From: Eledone cirrhosa
Taxonomy: Eukaryota
DNA: 64,000 bases
NCBI GenBank assembly: GCA_964016885.1
Contig: OZ024754.1
Location: forward strand, 22,878,001 to 22,942,000
Reading direction: 5' to 3'
The notes below the pieces were generated by a model. The model was not told the DNA's origin and did no database searches. It was given only the letters and a program-made list of their open reading frames with translations. Shown piece after piece: positions 36,701 to 51,200 of the stretch; the first letter of the stretch is position 1, and the number at the start of each line of letters is the position of its first letter. Both the position numbers and the translations under genes were made by a program.

Positions 36701-39700
36701 TATATCTCAGCTGTGGTAGGGAGTGGTAGACTCTACACCCTAGTCTAGGTGGTATATTTAAGCAGTTGGAGGGAGTGCTAGATTCTACACCCCAGTTTAG
36801 GTGGTATATCTCAGCTGTGGTAGGGAGTCACAGACTCTACACCCCAGTCTAGGTCGTATATCTCAGCTGGCAATGACACTCTACACTCCAGTGTAGGTGG
36901 TATATCTCAGTTGTGGTAGGGAGTGGTAGACTCTACACCCCTGTCTAGGTGGTATATCTAAGCTGGGAGTGACGGACTCTACACCCCAGTCTAGGGGTGG
37001 TATATCTCAGTTGTGGTAGGGAGTGACAGATTCTACACCCCAGTTTAGGTGGTATATCTCAGCTGTTGGAGGGAGTGGTAGACTATACACCCCAGTCTAG
37101 GTGGTATATCTAAACTGTGGTAGGGTGTGACATACTCTACACCCCAGTCTAGGTGGTATATCTAAGCTGTTGGAGGGAGTGACAGACTCTACACTCTAGT
37201 CTAGGTGGTATATCTCAGCTGTGGTAGGGAGTGACAGACTAGACCCCTGTCGAGGTGGTATATCTCAGTTGTGGTAGGGAGTGACAGACTCTACACCACA
37301 GTCTAGGTGGTATATCTCAGCTGTGGTAGGGAGTGACAGACTCTACACCCCAGCCTAGGTGGTATATCTCAGCTGTTGGAGGGAGTGACAGAGTTTACAC
37401 CCCTGTCTAGGTGGTACATCTCAGCTGCGGTAGGGAGTGGTAGACTCTACACCACAGTCTAGATGGTATATCTAACCTAGCAGTGACAGATTCCACACCC
37501 CTGTGTAGGTGGTATATCTCAGTTGTGGTAAGGAGTAACAGACTCTACACTCCCGTCTAGGTGGTATATCTCAGCTGTGGTAGGGAGTGCCAGACTCTAC
37601 ACCCCAGTTTAAGTGGTATCTCAGCTGTTGGAGGGAGTGGTAGACTATACACCCCAGTCTAGGTGATATATCTCAGCTGTGGTAGGGAGTCACAGACTCT
37701 ACACACCAGTCTAGGTGGTATATCTCAGCTGTGGTAGGGAGTCACAGACTCTACACTCCAGTCTAGGTGATATATCTCAGCTGTGGTAGGGAGTCACAGA
37801 CTCTACACACCAGTCTAGGTGGTATATCTCAGCTGTGGTAGGGGGTCAGAGACTACACCCCAGATTAGGTGGTATATCTCAGCTGTGGTAGGGAGTGGTA
37901 GACTTTACACGCCAGTCTAGATGGTATATCTCAGTTGTGGTAAGGAGTGGTACTCTACACCCCTGTCTAGGTGGTATATCTAAGCTGATGGAGGGAGTGA
38001 CATACTACACCCCAGTCTACGTGGTATATCTAAGCTGTGTTAGGGTGTGACAGACTCTACACCCCAGTCTAGGTGGTATATCTCAGCTGTTGGAGGGAGT
38101 GACAGACTCTAAACCCCTGTCTAGGTGGTATATCTCAGCTGGGAATGACAGACTCTACACTCCAGTGTCGGTGGTATATCTCAGCTGTGGTAGGGAGTGG
38201 TTGACTCTACACCCCAGTCTAGGTGGTATATCTCAGCTGTGGTAGGGAGTGACAGACTCTACACCCCAGTCTAGGTGGTATATCTCAGGTGTGGTAGGGA
38301 GTGGTAGACTCTACACCCCTGTCTAGGTGGTATATCTCAGTTGTGTTAGGGTGTGACATACTCTACACCCCAGTCTAGGTGGTATATCTAAGCTGTTGGA
38401 GGGAGTAGTAGACTCTACACCCCAGTCTAGGTGGTATATCTCAGCTGATGGAGGGAGTGACAGACTATACCCCAATCTAGGTGGTATATCTCAGCTGTGG
38501 TAGGGAGTGACAGACTACAGCCCAATCTAGGTGGTATATCTCAGCTTTGTTAGGGAGTGTCAGACTCTACACCCCAGTGTAGGTGGTATATCTCAGCTGT
38601 GATAGGGAGTGACAGACTACACCCTTGTCTAGGTGGTATATCTCAGCTGGGAATGACAGACTCTACACTCCAGTGTAGGTGGTATATCTCAGCTGTGGTA
38701 GGGAGTGGTAGACTCTACACCCCAATCTAGGTGGTATATCTCAGCTGTGGTAGGGTGTGACGGACGCTACAACCCGGTTTAGGTGGTATATCTCAGCTGT
38801 TGGAGGGAGTGACATAGTCTACACCCCAATGTAGGTGGTATACCTCAGCTGTGGTAGGGAGTGACAGATTAGACCCCAGTTTAGGTGATATATCTCAGCT
38901 GTATTAGGGAGTGCCATACTCTAGACCCCAATTTAGGTGGTATATCTCAGCTGTGGGAGGGAGTGACAGACTCTACACCCCAGTCTAGGTGGTATATCTC
39001 ACCTGGGAGTGACAGACTCCACACCCCAGTCTAGGTGGTATATCTCAGCTGTGGTAGGGAGTGCCAGACTACACCCCTGTCTAGGTGGTATATCTCAGCT
39101 GGGAATGACAAACTGTACACTCCAGTGTAGGTGGTATATCTCAGCGGTGGTAGGGTGTGGTAGACTGTACACCCTGTCTAGGTGGTATATCTCAGTTGTG
39201 GTAGGGAGTGGTAGACTCTACAGCCCAGTCTAGGTGGTATTTCTCAGCTGTGTTAGGGAGTGACACACTCTACACCCCAGTCTAGGTGGTATATCTCAGT
39301 TGTGGTAGGGAGTGGTAGACTCTAAACCCTTGTCTAGGTGGTATATCTCTGCTGTGGTAGGGAATGGTAGACTACACCCAGTCTAGGTGGTATATATTCA
39401 GCTGGGAATGACAGACTCTACACCCCAGTCTAGGTGGTATATCTCAGTTGTGGTAGGGAGTGACAGACTCTACACCCCAGTCTAGGTGGTGTATCTAAGC
39501 AGTTGGAGCGAGTGGTAGATTCTACACCCCAGTCTAGGTGGTATATCTCAGCTGTGGTAGGGAGTGACAGACTCTACACCCCAGTCTATGTGGTATATTT
39601 CAGCTATGGTAGGGAGTGACAGACTTTACACCCCAGTCTAGGTGGTATATCTCAGCAGTGGTAGGGAGTGACAGACTCTACACCCCAGTCTAGGTGGTAT

Positions 39701-42700
39701 ATCTCAGCTGTGGTAGGGAGTGACAGACTCTACACCCTTGACTAGGTGGTACTTCTCAGCTGTGGTAGGGAGTGACACAGTCTGCACCCCAGTCTAGGTG
39801 GCATATTTCAGCTGGGAGTGACAGACTCTACACCCCAGTCTAGGTGGTATATCTCAGTTGTGGTAGGGAGTGGTAGACTGTAAACCCCTGTCTAGGTGGT
39901 ATATCTCAGCTGTGGTAGGGAGTGACACACTCTACACCCCAGTGTAGGTGGTATATTTCAGCCGGGAATGACAGACTCTACACCCCAGTCTGGGTGGTAT
40001 ATCTCAGCTGTGGTAGGGAGTGGTAGACTCTACACCCCAGTCTAGGTGGTATATCTCAGCTGTGGTAGGGAGTGACAGAATACGCCCCTGTCTAGGTGGT
40101 ATATTTCAGCTGTGGTAGGGAGTGACAAACTACAACCCAGTCTAGGTGGTATATCTCAGCTGATGGAGGGAGTGACAGACTACACCCCAGTCTAGGTGGT
40201 ATATCTCAGCTGTGGTAGGGAGTGGTAGACTATACACCCCAGTCTAGGTGGTGTATCACAGCTGGGAATCACAGATTCTACGCTCCAGTGTAGGTGGTAT
40301 ATCTCTGCTGTGGCAGGGAGTGGTAGATTCTACACTCCAGTCTAGGTGGTATATCTCAGCTGTGGTAGGGAGTCACAGACTCTACACCCCAGTCTAGGTG
40401 GTATATCTCAGTGGTGGTAGGGAGTGGTAGAAGCTACACCCCTGTCTAGCTGGTATATCTAAGCTGTGGTAGGGTGTGACAGATTTTACACCCCTGTCTA
40501 GCTGGTATATCTCAGCTGTGGTAGGGAGTCACAGACTCTGCACCCCTGTCTAGGTTGTATATCTAAGCTGACGGAGGGAGTGACAGATTACACCCCAGTC
40601 TAGGTGGTATATCTAAGCAGTTGGAGGGAGTGGTAGATTCTACACCCCAGTCTAGGTGGTATATCTCAGCTGTGGTAGGGAGTGTTCGACTTTGCACCCC
40701 AGTATAGGTGGTATATCTCAGTTGTGGTATGGAATGACACACTCTACACCCCAGTCTAGGTGGTATATTTCAGCTGGGAGTGACAGACTCTACACTCCAG
40801 TCTATGTGGTATATCTAAGCTGTTTGAGGGAGTGACAAATGCTACACCCCAGTCTAGGTGGTATATCTCACCTGGGAGTGACAGATTCTGCACTCCAGTG
40901 TAGGTGGTACATCTCAGCTGTGGTAGGGAGTGCCAGACTCTACACCACAGTTTAGGTTGTATATGTCAGTTGTGGTAGTGAGTGACAGACTCTACACCCC
41001 AGTCTAGGTGGTATATCTCGCCTGGGAGTGACAGATTCTGCACCCCAGTGTAGGTGGTATATCTCAGCTGTGGCAGGGAGTGCCAGACTCTACACCACAG
41101 TTTAGGTTGTATATGTCAGTTGTGGTAGTGAGTGACAGACTCTACACCCCAGTCTGTGGTATACCTAAGCTGTTTGAGGGAGTGACAGATGCTACACCTC
41201 AGTCTAGGTGGTATATCTCACCTGGGAGTGACAGATTCTGCACCCCAGTGTAGGTGGTACATCTCAGCTGTTTGAGGGAGTGACAAATGCTACACCCCAG
41301 TCTAGGTGGTATATCTCACCTGGGAGTGACAGGCTCCGCACCCCAGTGTAGGTGGTATATCTCAGCTGTGGTAGGGAGTGACACACTCTATACTCCAGTC
41401 TAGGTGGTATATTTCAGCTGGGAGTGACAGACTCTGCTCCCCAGTCTAGATGGTATATCTCAGTTGTTGGTAGGGAGTCACAGACTCTACACTCCAGTCT
41501 AGGTGGTATATCTCAGCTGTGGTAGGGAGTCACAGACTCTACACACCAGTCTAGGTGGTATATCTCAGCTGTGGTAGGGGGTCAGAGACTACACCCCAGA
41601 TTAGGTGGTATATCTCAGCTGTGGTAGGGAGTGGTAGACTTTACACGCCAGTCTAGATGGTATATCTCAGTTGTGGTAAGGAGTGGTACTCTACACCCCT
41701 GTCTAGGTGGTATATCTAAGCTGATGGAGGGAGTGACATACTACACCCCAGTCTACGTGGTATATCTAAGCAGTTGGTGGGAGCGGTAGATTCTACACCC
41801 CAGTCTAGGTGGTATATCTCAGCTGTTGGAGGGAGTGGTAGACTATACACCCCAGTCTAGGTGATATATCTAAGCTGTGGTAGGGTGTGACAGACTCTAC
41901 ACCCCTGTCTAGGTGGTATAACTCAGCTGTGGTAGGGAGTCACAGACTCTACACCCCAGTCTAGGTGGTATATCTAAGCTGTTGGTGGGAGTGACAGACT
42001 CTACACCCCAGTCTAGGTGGTATATCTAAGCTGTGGTAGGGTGTGACAGACTCTACACCCCTGTCTAGGTGGTTTAACTCAGCTGTGGTAGGGAGTCACA
42101 GACTGTACACCCCTGTCTAGGTGGTATATCTCAGCTGTGGTAGGGAGTGGTAGACTCTACACCCTAGTCTAGGTGGTATATTTAAGCAGTTGGAGGGAGT
42201 GCTAGATTCTACACCCCAGTTTAGGTGGTATATCTCAGCTGTGGTAGGGAGTCACAGACTCTACACCCCAGTCTAGGTCGTATATCTCAGCTGGCAATGA
42301 CACTCTACACTCCAGTGTAGGTGGTATATCTCAGTTGTGGTAGGGAGTGGTAGACTCTACACCCCTGTCTAGGTGGTATATCTAAGCTGGGAGTGACGGA
42401 CTCTACACCCCAGTCTAGGGGTGGTATATCTCAGTTGTGGTAGGGAGTGACAGATTCTACACCCCAGTTTAGGTGGTATATCTCAGCTGTTGGAGGGAGT
42501 GGTAGACTATACACCCCAGTCTAGGTGGTATATCTAAACTGTGGTAGGGTGTGACATACTCTACACCCCAGTCTAGGTGGTATATCTAAGCTGTTGGAGG
42601 GAGTGACAGACTCTACACTCTAGTCTAGGTGGTATATCTCAGCTGTGGTAGAGTGTGACAGACTAGACCCCTGTCGAGGTGGTATATCTCAGTTGTGGTA

Positions 42701-45700
42701 GGGAGTGACAGACTCTACACCACAGTCTAGGTGGTATATCTCAGCTGTGGTAGGGAGTGACAGACTCTACACCCCAGCCTAGGTGGTATATCTCAGCTGT
42801 TGGAGGGAGTGACAGAGTTTACACCCCTGTCTAGGTGGTACATCTCAGCTGCGGTAGGGAGTGGTAGACTCTACACCACAGTCTAGATGGTTTATCTAAC
42901 CTAGCAGTGACAGATTCCACACCCCTGTGTAGGTGGTATATCTCAGTTGTGGTAAGGAGTAATAGACTCTACACTCCCGTCTAGGTGGTATATCTCAGCT
43001 GTGGTAGGGAGTGCCAGACTCTACACCCCAGTTTAAGTGGTATCTCAGCTGTTGGAGGGAGTGGTAGACTATACACCCCAGTCTAGGTGATATATCTCAG
43101 CTGTGGTAGGGAGTCACAGACTCTACACACCAGTCTAGGTGGTATATCTCAGCTGTGGTAGGGAGTCACAGACTCTACACTCCAGTCTAGGTGATATATC
43201 TCAGCTGTGGTAGGGAGTCACAGACTCTACACACCAGTCTAGGTGGTATATCTCAGCTGTGGTAGGGGGTCAGAGACTACACCCCAGATTAGGTGGTATA
43301 TCTCAGCTGTGGTAGGGAGTGGTAGACTTTACACGCCAGTCTAGATGGTATATCTCAGTTGTGGTAAGGAGTGGTACTCTACACCCCTGTCTAGGTGGTA
43401 TATCTAAGCTGATGGAGGGAGTGACATACTACACCCCAGTCTACGTGGTATATCTAAGCTGTGTTAGGGTGTGACAGACTCTACACCCCAGTCTAGGTGG
43501 TATATCTCAGCTGTTGGAGGGAGTGACAGACTCTAAACCCCTGTCTAGGTGGTATATCTCAGCTGGGAATGACAGACTCTACACTCCAGTGTCGGTGGTA
43601 TATCTCAGCTGTGGTAGGGAGTGGTTGACTCTACACCCCAGTCTAGGTGGTATATCTCAGCTGTGGTAGGGAGTGACAGACTCTACACCCCAGTCTAGGT
43701 GGTATATCTCAGGTGTGGTAGGGAGTGGTAGACTCTACACCCCTGTCTAGGTGGTATATCTCAGTTGTGTTAGGGTGTGACATACTCTACACCCCAGTCT
43801 AGGTGGTATATCTAAGCTGTTGGAGGGAGTAGTAGACTCTACACCCCAGTCTAGGTGGTATATCTCAGCTGATGGAGGGAGTGACAGACTATACCCCAAT
43901 CTAGGTGGTATATCTCAGCTGTGGTAGGGAGTGACAGACTACAGCCCAATCTAGGTGGTATATCTCAGCTTTGTTAGGGAGTGCCAGACTCTACACCCCA
44001 GTGTAGGTGGTATATCTCAGCTGTGATAGGGAGTGACAGACTACACCCTTGTCTAGGTGGTATATCTCAGCTGGGAATGACAGACTCTACACTCCAGTGT
44101 AGGTGGTATATCTCAGCTGTGGTAGGGAGTGGTAGACTCTACACCCCAATCTAGGTGGTATATCTCAGCTGTGGTAGGGTGTGACGGACGCTACAACCCG
44201 GTTTAGGTGGTATATCTCAGCTGTTGGAGGGAGTGACATAGTCTACACCCCAATGTAGGTGGTATACCTCAGCTGTGGTAGGGAGTGACAGATTAGACCC
44301 CAGTTTAGGTGATATATCTCAGCTGTATTAGGGAGTGCCATACTCTAGACCCCAATTTAGGTGGTATATCTCAGCTGTGGGAGGGAGTGACAGACTCCAC
44401 ACCCCAGTCTAGGTGGTATATCTCAGCTGTGGTAGGGAGTGCCAGACTACACCCCTGTCTAGGTGGTATATCTCAGCTGGGAATGACAAACTGTACACTC
44501 CAGTGTAGGTGGTATATCTCAGCGGTGGTAGGGTGTGGTAGACTGTACACCCTGTCTAGGTGGTATATCTCAGTTGTGGTAGGGAGTGGTAGACTCTACA
44601 GCCCAGTCTAGGTGGTATTTCTCAGCTGTGTTAGGGAGTGACACACTCTACACCCCAGTCTAGGTGGTATATCTCAGTTGTGGTAGGGAGTGGTAGACTC
44701 TAAACCCTTGTCTAGGTGGTATATCTCTGCTGTGGTAGGGAATGGTAGACTACACCCAGTCTAGGTGGTATATATTCAGCTGGGAATGACAGACTCTACA
44801 CCCCAGTCTAGGTGGTATATCTCAGTTGTGGTAGGGAGTGACAGACTCTACACCCCAGTCTAGGTGGTGTATCTAAGCAGTTGGAGCGAGTGGTAGATTC
44901 TACACCCCAGTCTAGGTGGTATATCTCAGCTGTGGTAGGGAGTGACAGACTCTACACCCCAGTCTATGTGGTATATTTCAGCTATGGTAGGGAGTGACAG
45001 ACTTTACACCCCAGTCTAGGTGGTATATCTCAGCAGTGGTAGGGAGTGACAGACTCTACACCCCAGTCTAGGTGGTATATCTCAGCTGTGGTAGGGAGTG
45101 ACAGACTCTACACCCTTGACTAGGTGGTACTTCTCAGCTGTGGTAGGGAGTGACACAGTCTGCACCCCAGTCTAGGTGGCATATTTCAGCTGGGAGTGAC
45201 AGACTCTACACCCCAGTCTAGGTGGTATATCTCAGTTGTGGTAGGGAGTGGTAGACTGTAAACCCCTGTCTAGGTGGTATATCTCAGCTGTGGTAGGGAG
45301 TGACACACTCTACACCCCAGTGTAGGTGGTATATTTCAGCCGGGAATGACAGACTCTACACCCCAGTCTGGGTGGTATATCTCAGCTGTGGTAGGGAGTG
45401 GTAGACTCTACACCCCAGTCTAGGTGGTATATCTCAGCTGTGGTAGGGAGTGACAGAATACGCCCCTGTCTAGGTGGTATATTTCAGCTGTGGTAGGGAG
45501 TGACAAACTACAACCCAGTCTAGGTGGTATATCTCAGCTGATGGAGGGAGTGACAGACTACACCCCAGTCTAGGTGGTATATCTCAGCTGTGGTAGGGAG
45601 TGGTAGACTATACACCCCAGTCTAGGTGGTGTATCACAGCTGGGAATCACAGATTCTACGCTCCAGTGTAGGTGGTATATCTCTGCTGTGGCAGGGAGTG

Positions 45701-48250
45701 GTAGATTCTACACTCCAGTCTAGGTGGTATATCTCAGCTGTGGTAGGGAGTCACAGACTCTACACCCCAGTCTAGGTGGTATATCTCAGTGGTGGTAGGG
45801 AGTGGTAGAAGCTACACCCCTGTCTAGCTGGTATATCTAAGCTGTGGTAGGGTGTGACAGATTTTACACCCCTGTCTAGCTGGTATATCTCAGCTGTGGT
45901 AGGGAGTCACAGACTCTGCACCCCTGTCTAGGTTGTATATCTAAGCTGACGGAGGGAGTGACAGATTACACCCCAGTCTAGGTGGTATATCTAAGCAGTT
46001 GGAGGGAGTGGTAGATTCTACACCCCAGTCTAGGTGGTATATCTCAGCTGTGGTAGGGAGTGTTCGACTTTGCACCCCAGTATAGGTGGTATATCTCACC
46101 TGGGAGTGACAGATTCTGCACTCCAGTGTAGGTGGTACATCTCAGCTGTGGTAGGGAGTGCCAGACTCTACACCACAGTTTAGGTTGTATATGTCAGTTG
46201 TGGTAGTGAGTGACAGACTCTACACCCCAGTCTAGGTGGTATATCTCGCCTGGGAGTGACAGATTCTGCACCCCAGTGTAGGTGGTATATCTCAGCTGTG
46301 GCAGGGAGTGCCAGACTCTACACCACAGTTTAGGTTGTATATGTCAGTTGTGGTAGTGAGTGACAGACTCTACACCCCAGTCTGTGGTATACCTAAGCTG
46401 TTTGAGGGAGTGACAGATGCTACACCTCAGTCTAGGTGGTATATCTCACCTGGGAGTGACAGATTCTGCACCCCAGTGTAGGTGGTATATCTCAGCTGTT
46501 TGAGGGAGTGACAAATGCTACACCCCAGTCTAGGTGGTATATCTCACCTGGGAGTGACAGGCTCCGCACCCTAGTGTAGGTGGTATATCTCAGCTGTGGT
46601 AGGGAGTGACACACTCTATACTCCAGTCTAGGTGGTATATTTCAGCTGGGAGTGACAGACTCTGCTCCCCAGTCTAGATGGTATATCTCAGTTGTTGGTA
46701 GGGAGTCACAGACTCTACACTCCAGTCTAGGTGGTATATCTCAGCTGTGGTAGGGAGTCACAGACTCTACACACCAGTCTAGGTGGTATATCTCAGCTGT
46801 GGTAGGGGGTCAGAGACTACACCCCAGATTAGGTGGTATATCTCAGCTGTGGTAGGGAGTGGTAGACTTTACACGCCAGTCTAGATGGTATATCTCAGTT
46901 GTGGTAAGGAGTGGTACTCTACACCCCTGTCTAGGTGGTATATCTAAGCTGATGGAGGGAGTGACATACTACACCCCAGTCTACGTGGTATATCTAAGCA
47001 GTTGGTGGGAGCGATAGATTCTACACCCCAGTCTAGGTGGTATATCTCAGCTGTTGGAGGGAGTGGTAGACTATACACCCCAGTCTAGGTGATATATCTA
47101 AGCTGTGGTAGGGTGTGACAGACTCTACACCCCTGTCTAGGTGGTTTAACTCAGCTGTGGTAGGGAGTCACAGACTCTACACCCCAGTCTAGGTGGTATA
47201 TCTAAGCTGTGGTAGGGTGTGACAGACTCTACACCCCTGTCTAGGTGGTTTAACTCAGCTGTGGTAGGGAGTCACAGACTGTACACCCCTGTCTAGGTGG
47301 TATATCTCAGCTGTGGTAGGGAGTGGTAGACTCTACACCCTAGTCTAGGTGGTATATTTAAGCAGTTGGAGGGAGTGCTAGATTCTACACCCCAGTTTAG
47401 GTGGTATATCTCAGCTGTGGTAGGGAGTCACAGACTCTACACCCCAGTCTAGGTCGTATATCTCAGCTGGCAATGACACTCTACACTCCAGTGTAGGTGG
47501 TATATCTCAGTTGTGGTAGGGAGTGGTAGACTCTACACCCCTGTCTAGGTGGTATATCTAAGCTGGGAGTGACGGACTCTACACCCCAGTCTAGGGGTGG
47601 TATATCTCAGTTGTGGTAGGGAGTGACAGATTCTACACCCCAGTTTAGGTGGTATATCTCAGCTGTTGGAGGGAGTGGTAGACTATACACCCCAGTCTAG
47701 GTGGTATATCTAAACTGTGGTAGGGTGTGACATACTCTACACCCCAGTCTAGGTGGTATATCTAAGCTGTTGGAGGGAGTGACAGACTCTACACTCTAGT
47801 CTAGGTGGTATATCTCAGCTGTGGTAGGGAGTGACAGACTAGACCCCTGTCGAGGTGGTATATCTCAGTTGTGGTAGGGAGTGACAGACTCTACACCACA
47901 GTCTAGGTGGTATATCTCAGCTGTGGTAGGGAGTGACAGACTCTACACCCCAGCCTAGGTGGTATATCTCAGCTGTTGGAGGGAGTGACAGAGTTTACAC
48001 CCCTGTCTAGGTGGTACATCTCAGCTGCGGTAGGGAGTGGTAGACTCTACACCACAGTCTAGATGGTATATCTAACCTAGCAGTGACAGATTCCACACCC
48101 CTGTGTAGGTGGTATATCTCAGTTGTGGTAAGGAGTAACAGACTCTACACTCCCGTCGAGGTGGTATATCTCAGCTGTGGTAGGGAGTGCCAGACTCTAC
48201 ACCCCAGTTTAAGTGGTATATCTCAGCTGTTGGAGGGAGTGGTAGACTAT
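27400..48250. repeat. ~5.3-5.4-kb higher-order repeat, about 4 tandem copies
   Basis: Marker ctttgttaggg at 27807, 33121, 38545 and 43969 (spacings 5314, 5424, 5424). ORF-track duplicates at 28271/33585/39009 agree. Boundaries approximate. Confidence 0.88.
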
Positions 48251-51200
48251 ACACCCCAGTCTAGGTGATATATCTCAGCTGTGGTAGGGAGTGACAGACT
48301 CTACACCCCAGTTTAGGTGGTATACCTCAGCTGTGGTAGGGAGTGGTAGACTCTACTCCCCAGTCTAGGTGGTATATCTAAGCTGTGGTAGGGAGTGGTA
48401 GACTCTACACCCCAGTCTAGGTGGTATATCTAAGCAGTTGGAGGGAGTGGTAGATTCTACACCCCAGTCTAGGTGGTATATCTCACCTGGGAGTTACAGA
48501 CTCCACACCCCTGTCTCGGTGGTATTTCTCAGCTGTGGTAGGGAGTGTCACACTCTACACCCCAGTCTAGGTGGGATATTTCAGCTGGGAATGAAAGACT
48601 CCACACCCCAGTGTAGGTGGTATATCTCAGCTGTGGTAGGGAGTCGTAGACTCTACACCCCAGTCTAGGGGTTATATCTCAGCTGGGAATGACAAACTCT
48701 ACACTCCAGTCTAGGTGGTATATCACAGCTGTGGTAGGGAGTGGTAGACTCTACACGCCAGTTTAGGGATGGTATATCTCAGTTGTGGTAGGGAGTGGTA
48801 GACTATACACCCCTGTCTAGGTGGTATATCTCAGCTGTTGTAGGGAGTGGTAGACTATACACCCCAGTGTAGGTGGTATATCTCAGCTGTGGTAGGGAGC
48901 GGTAGACTCTACACTCCAGTCTAGGTGGTATATCACAGCTGTGGTAGGGAGTGGTAGACTCTACACACCTCTCTAGGTGGTATATCTCAGCTGTGGTAGG
49001 GAGTGACAGACTCTACACCCCAGTCTAGGTGGTATATCTCGCCTGGGAGTGACAGATTCTGCACCCCAGTGTAGGTGGTATATCTCAGCTGTGGCAGGGA
49101 GTGCCAGACTCTACACCACAGTTTAGGTTGTATATGTCAGTTGTGGTAGTGAGTGACAGACTCTACACCCCAGTCTGTGGTATACCTAAGCTGTTTGAGG
49201 GAGTGACAGATGCTACACCTCAGTCTAGGTGGTATATCTCACCTGGGAGTGACAGATTCTGCACCCCAGTGTAGGTGGTATATCTCAGCTGTTTGAGGGA
49301 GTGACAAATGCTACACCCCAGTCTAGGTGGTATATCTCACCTGGGAGTGACAGGCTCCGCACCCCAGTGTAGGTGGTATATCTCAGCTGTGGTAGGGAGT
49401 GACACACTCTATACTCCAGTCTAGGTGGTATATTTCAGCTGGGAGTGACAGACTCTGCTCCCCAGTCTAGATGGTATATCTCAGTTGTTGGTAGGGAGTC
49501 ACAGACTCTACACTCCAGTCTAGGTGGTATATCTCAGCTGTGGTAGGGAGTCACAGACTCTACACACCAGTCTAGGTGGTATATCTCAGCTGTGGTAGGG
49601 GGTCAGAGACTACACCCCAGATTAGGTGGTATATCTCAGCTGTGGTAGGGAGTGGTAGACTTTACACGCCAGTCTAGATGGTATATCTCAGTTGTGGTAA
49701 GGAGTGGTACTCTACACCCCTGTCTAGGTGGTATATCTAAGCTGATGGAGGGAGTGACATACTACACCCCAGTCTACGTGGTATATCTAAGCAGTTGGTG
49801 GGAGCGGTAGATTCTACACCCCAGTCTAGGTGGTATATCTCAGCTGTTGGAGGGAGTGGTAGACTATACACCCCAGTCTAGGTGATATATCTAAGCTGTG
49901 GTAGGGTGTGACAGACTCTACACCCCTGTCTAGGTGGTATAACTCAGCTGTGGTAGGGAGTCACAGACTCTACACCCCAGTCTAGGTGGTATATCTAAGC
50001 TGTTGGTGGGAGTGACAGACTCTACACCCCAGTCTAGGTGGTATATCTAAGCTGTGGTAGGGTGTGACAGACTCTACACCCCTGTCTAGGTGGTTTAACT
50101 CAGCTGTGGTAGGGAGTCACAGACTGTACACCCCTGTCTAGGTGGTATATCTCAGCTGTGGTAGGGAGTGGTAGACTCTACACCCTAGTCTAGGTGGTAT
50201 ATTTAAGCAGTTGGAGGGAGTGCTAGATTCTACACCCCAGTTTAGGTGGTATATCTCAGCTGTGGTAGGGAGTCACAGACTCTACACCCCAGTCTAGGTC
50301 GTATATCTCAGCTGGCAATGACACTCTACACTCCAGTGTAGGTGGTATATCTCAGTTGTGGTAGGGAGTGGTAGACTCTACACCCCTGTCTAGGTGGTAT
50401 ATCTAAGCTGGGAGTGACGGACTCTACACCCCAGTCTAGGGGTGGTATATCTCAGTTGTGGTAGGGAGTGACAGATTCTACACCCCAGTTTAGGTGGTAT
50501 ATCTCAGCTGTTGGAGGGAGTGGTAGACTATACACCCCAGTCTAGGTGGTATATCTAAACTGTGGTAGGGTGTGACATACTCTACACCCCAGTCTAGGTG
50601 GTATATCTAAGCTGTTGGAGGGAGTGACAGACTCTACACTCTAGTCTAGGTGGTATATCTCAGCTGTGGTAGAGTGTGACAGACTAGACCCCTGTCGAGG
50701 TGGTATATCTCAGTTGTGGTAGGGAGTGACAGACTCTACACCACAGTCTAGGTGGTATATCTCAGCTGTGGTAGGGAGTGACAGACTCTACACCCCAGCC
50801 TAGGTGGTATATCTCAGCTGTTGGAGGGAGTGACAGAGTTTACACCCCTGTCTAGGTGGTACATCTCAGCTGCGGTAGGGAGTGGTAGACTCTACACCAC
50901 AGTCTAGATGGTTTATCTAACCTAGCAGTGACAGATTCCACACCCCTGTGTAGGTGGTATATCTCAGTTGTGGTAAGGAGTAACAGACTCTACACTCCCG
51001 TCTAGGTGGTATATCTCAGCTGTGGTAGGGAGTGCCAGACTCTACACCCCAGTTTAAGTGGTATCTCAGCTGTTGGAGGGAGTGGTAGACTATACACCCC
51101 AGTCTAGGTGATATATCTCAGCTGTGGTAGGGAGTCACAGACTCTACACACCAGTCTAGGTGGTATATCTCAGCTGTGGTAGGGAGTCACAGACTCTACA

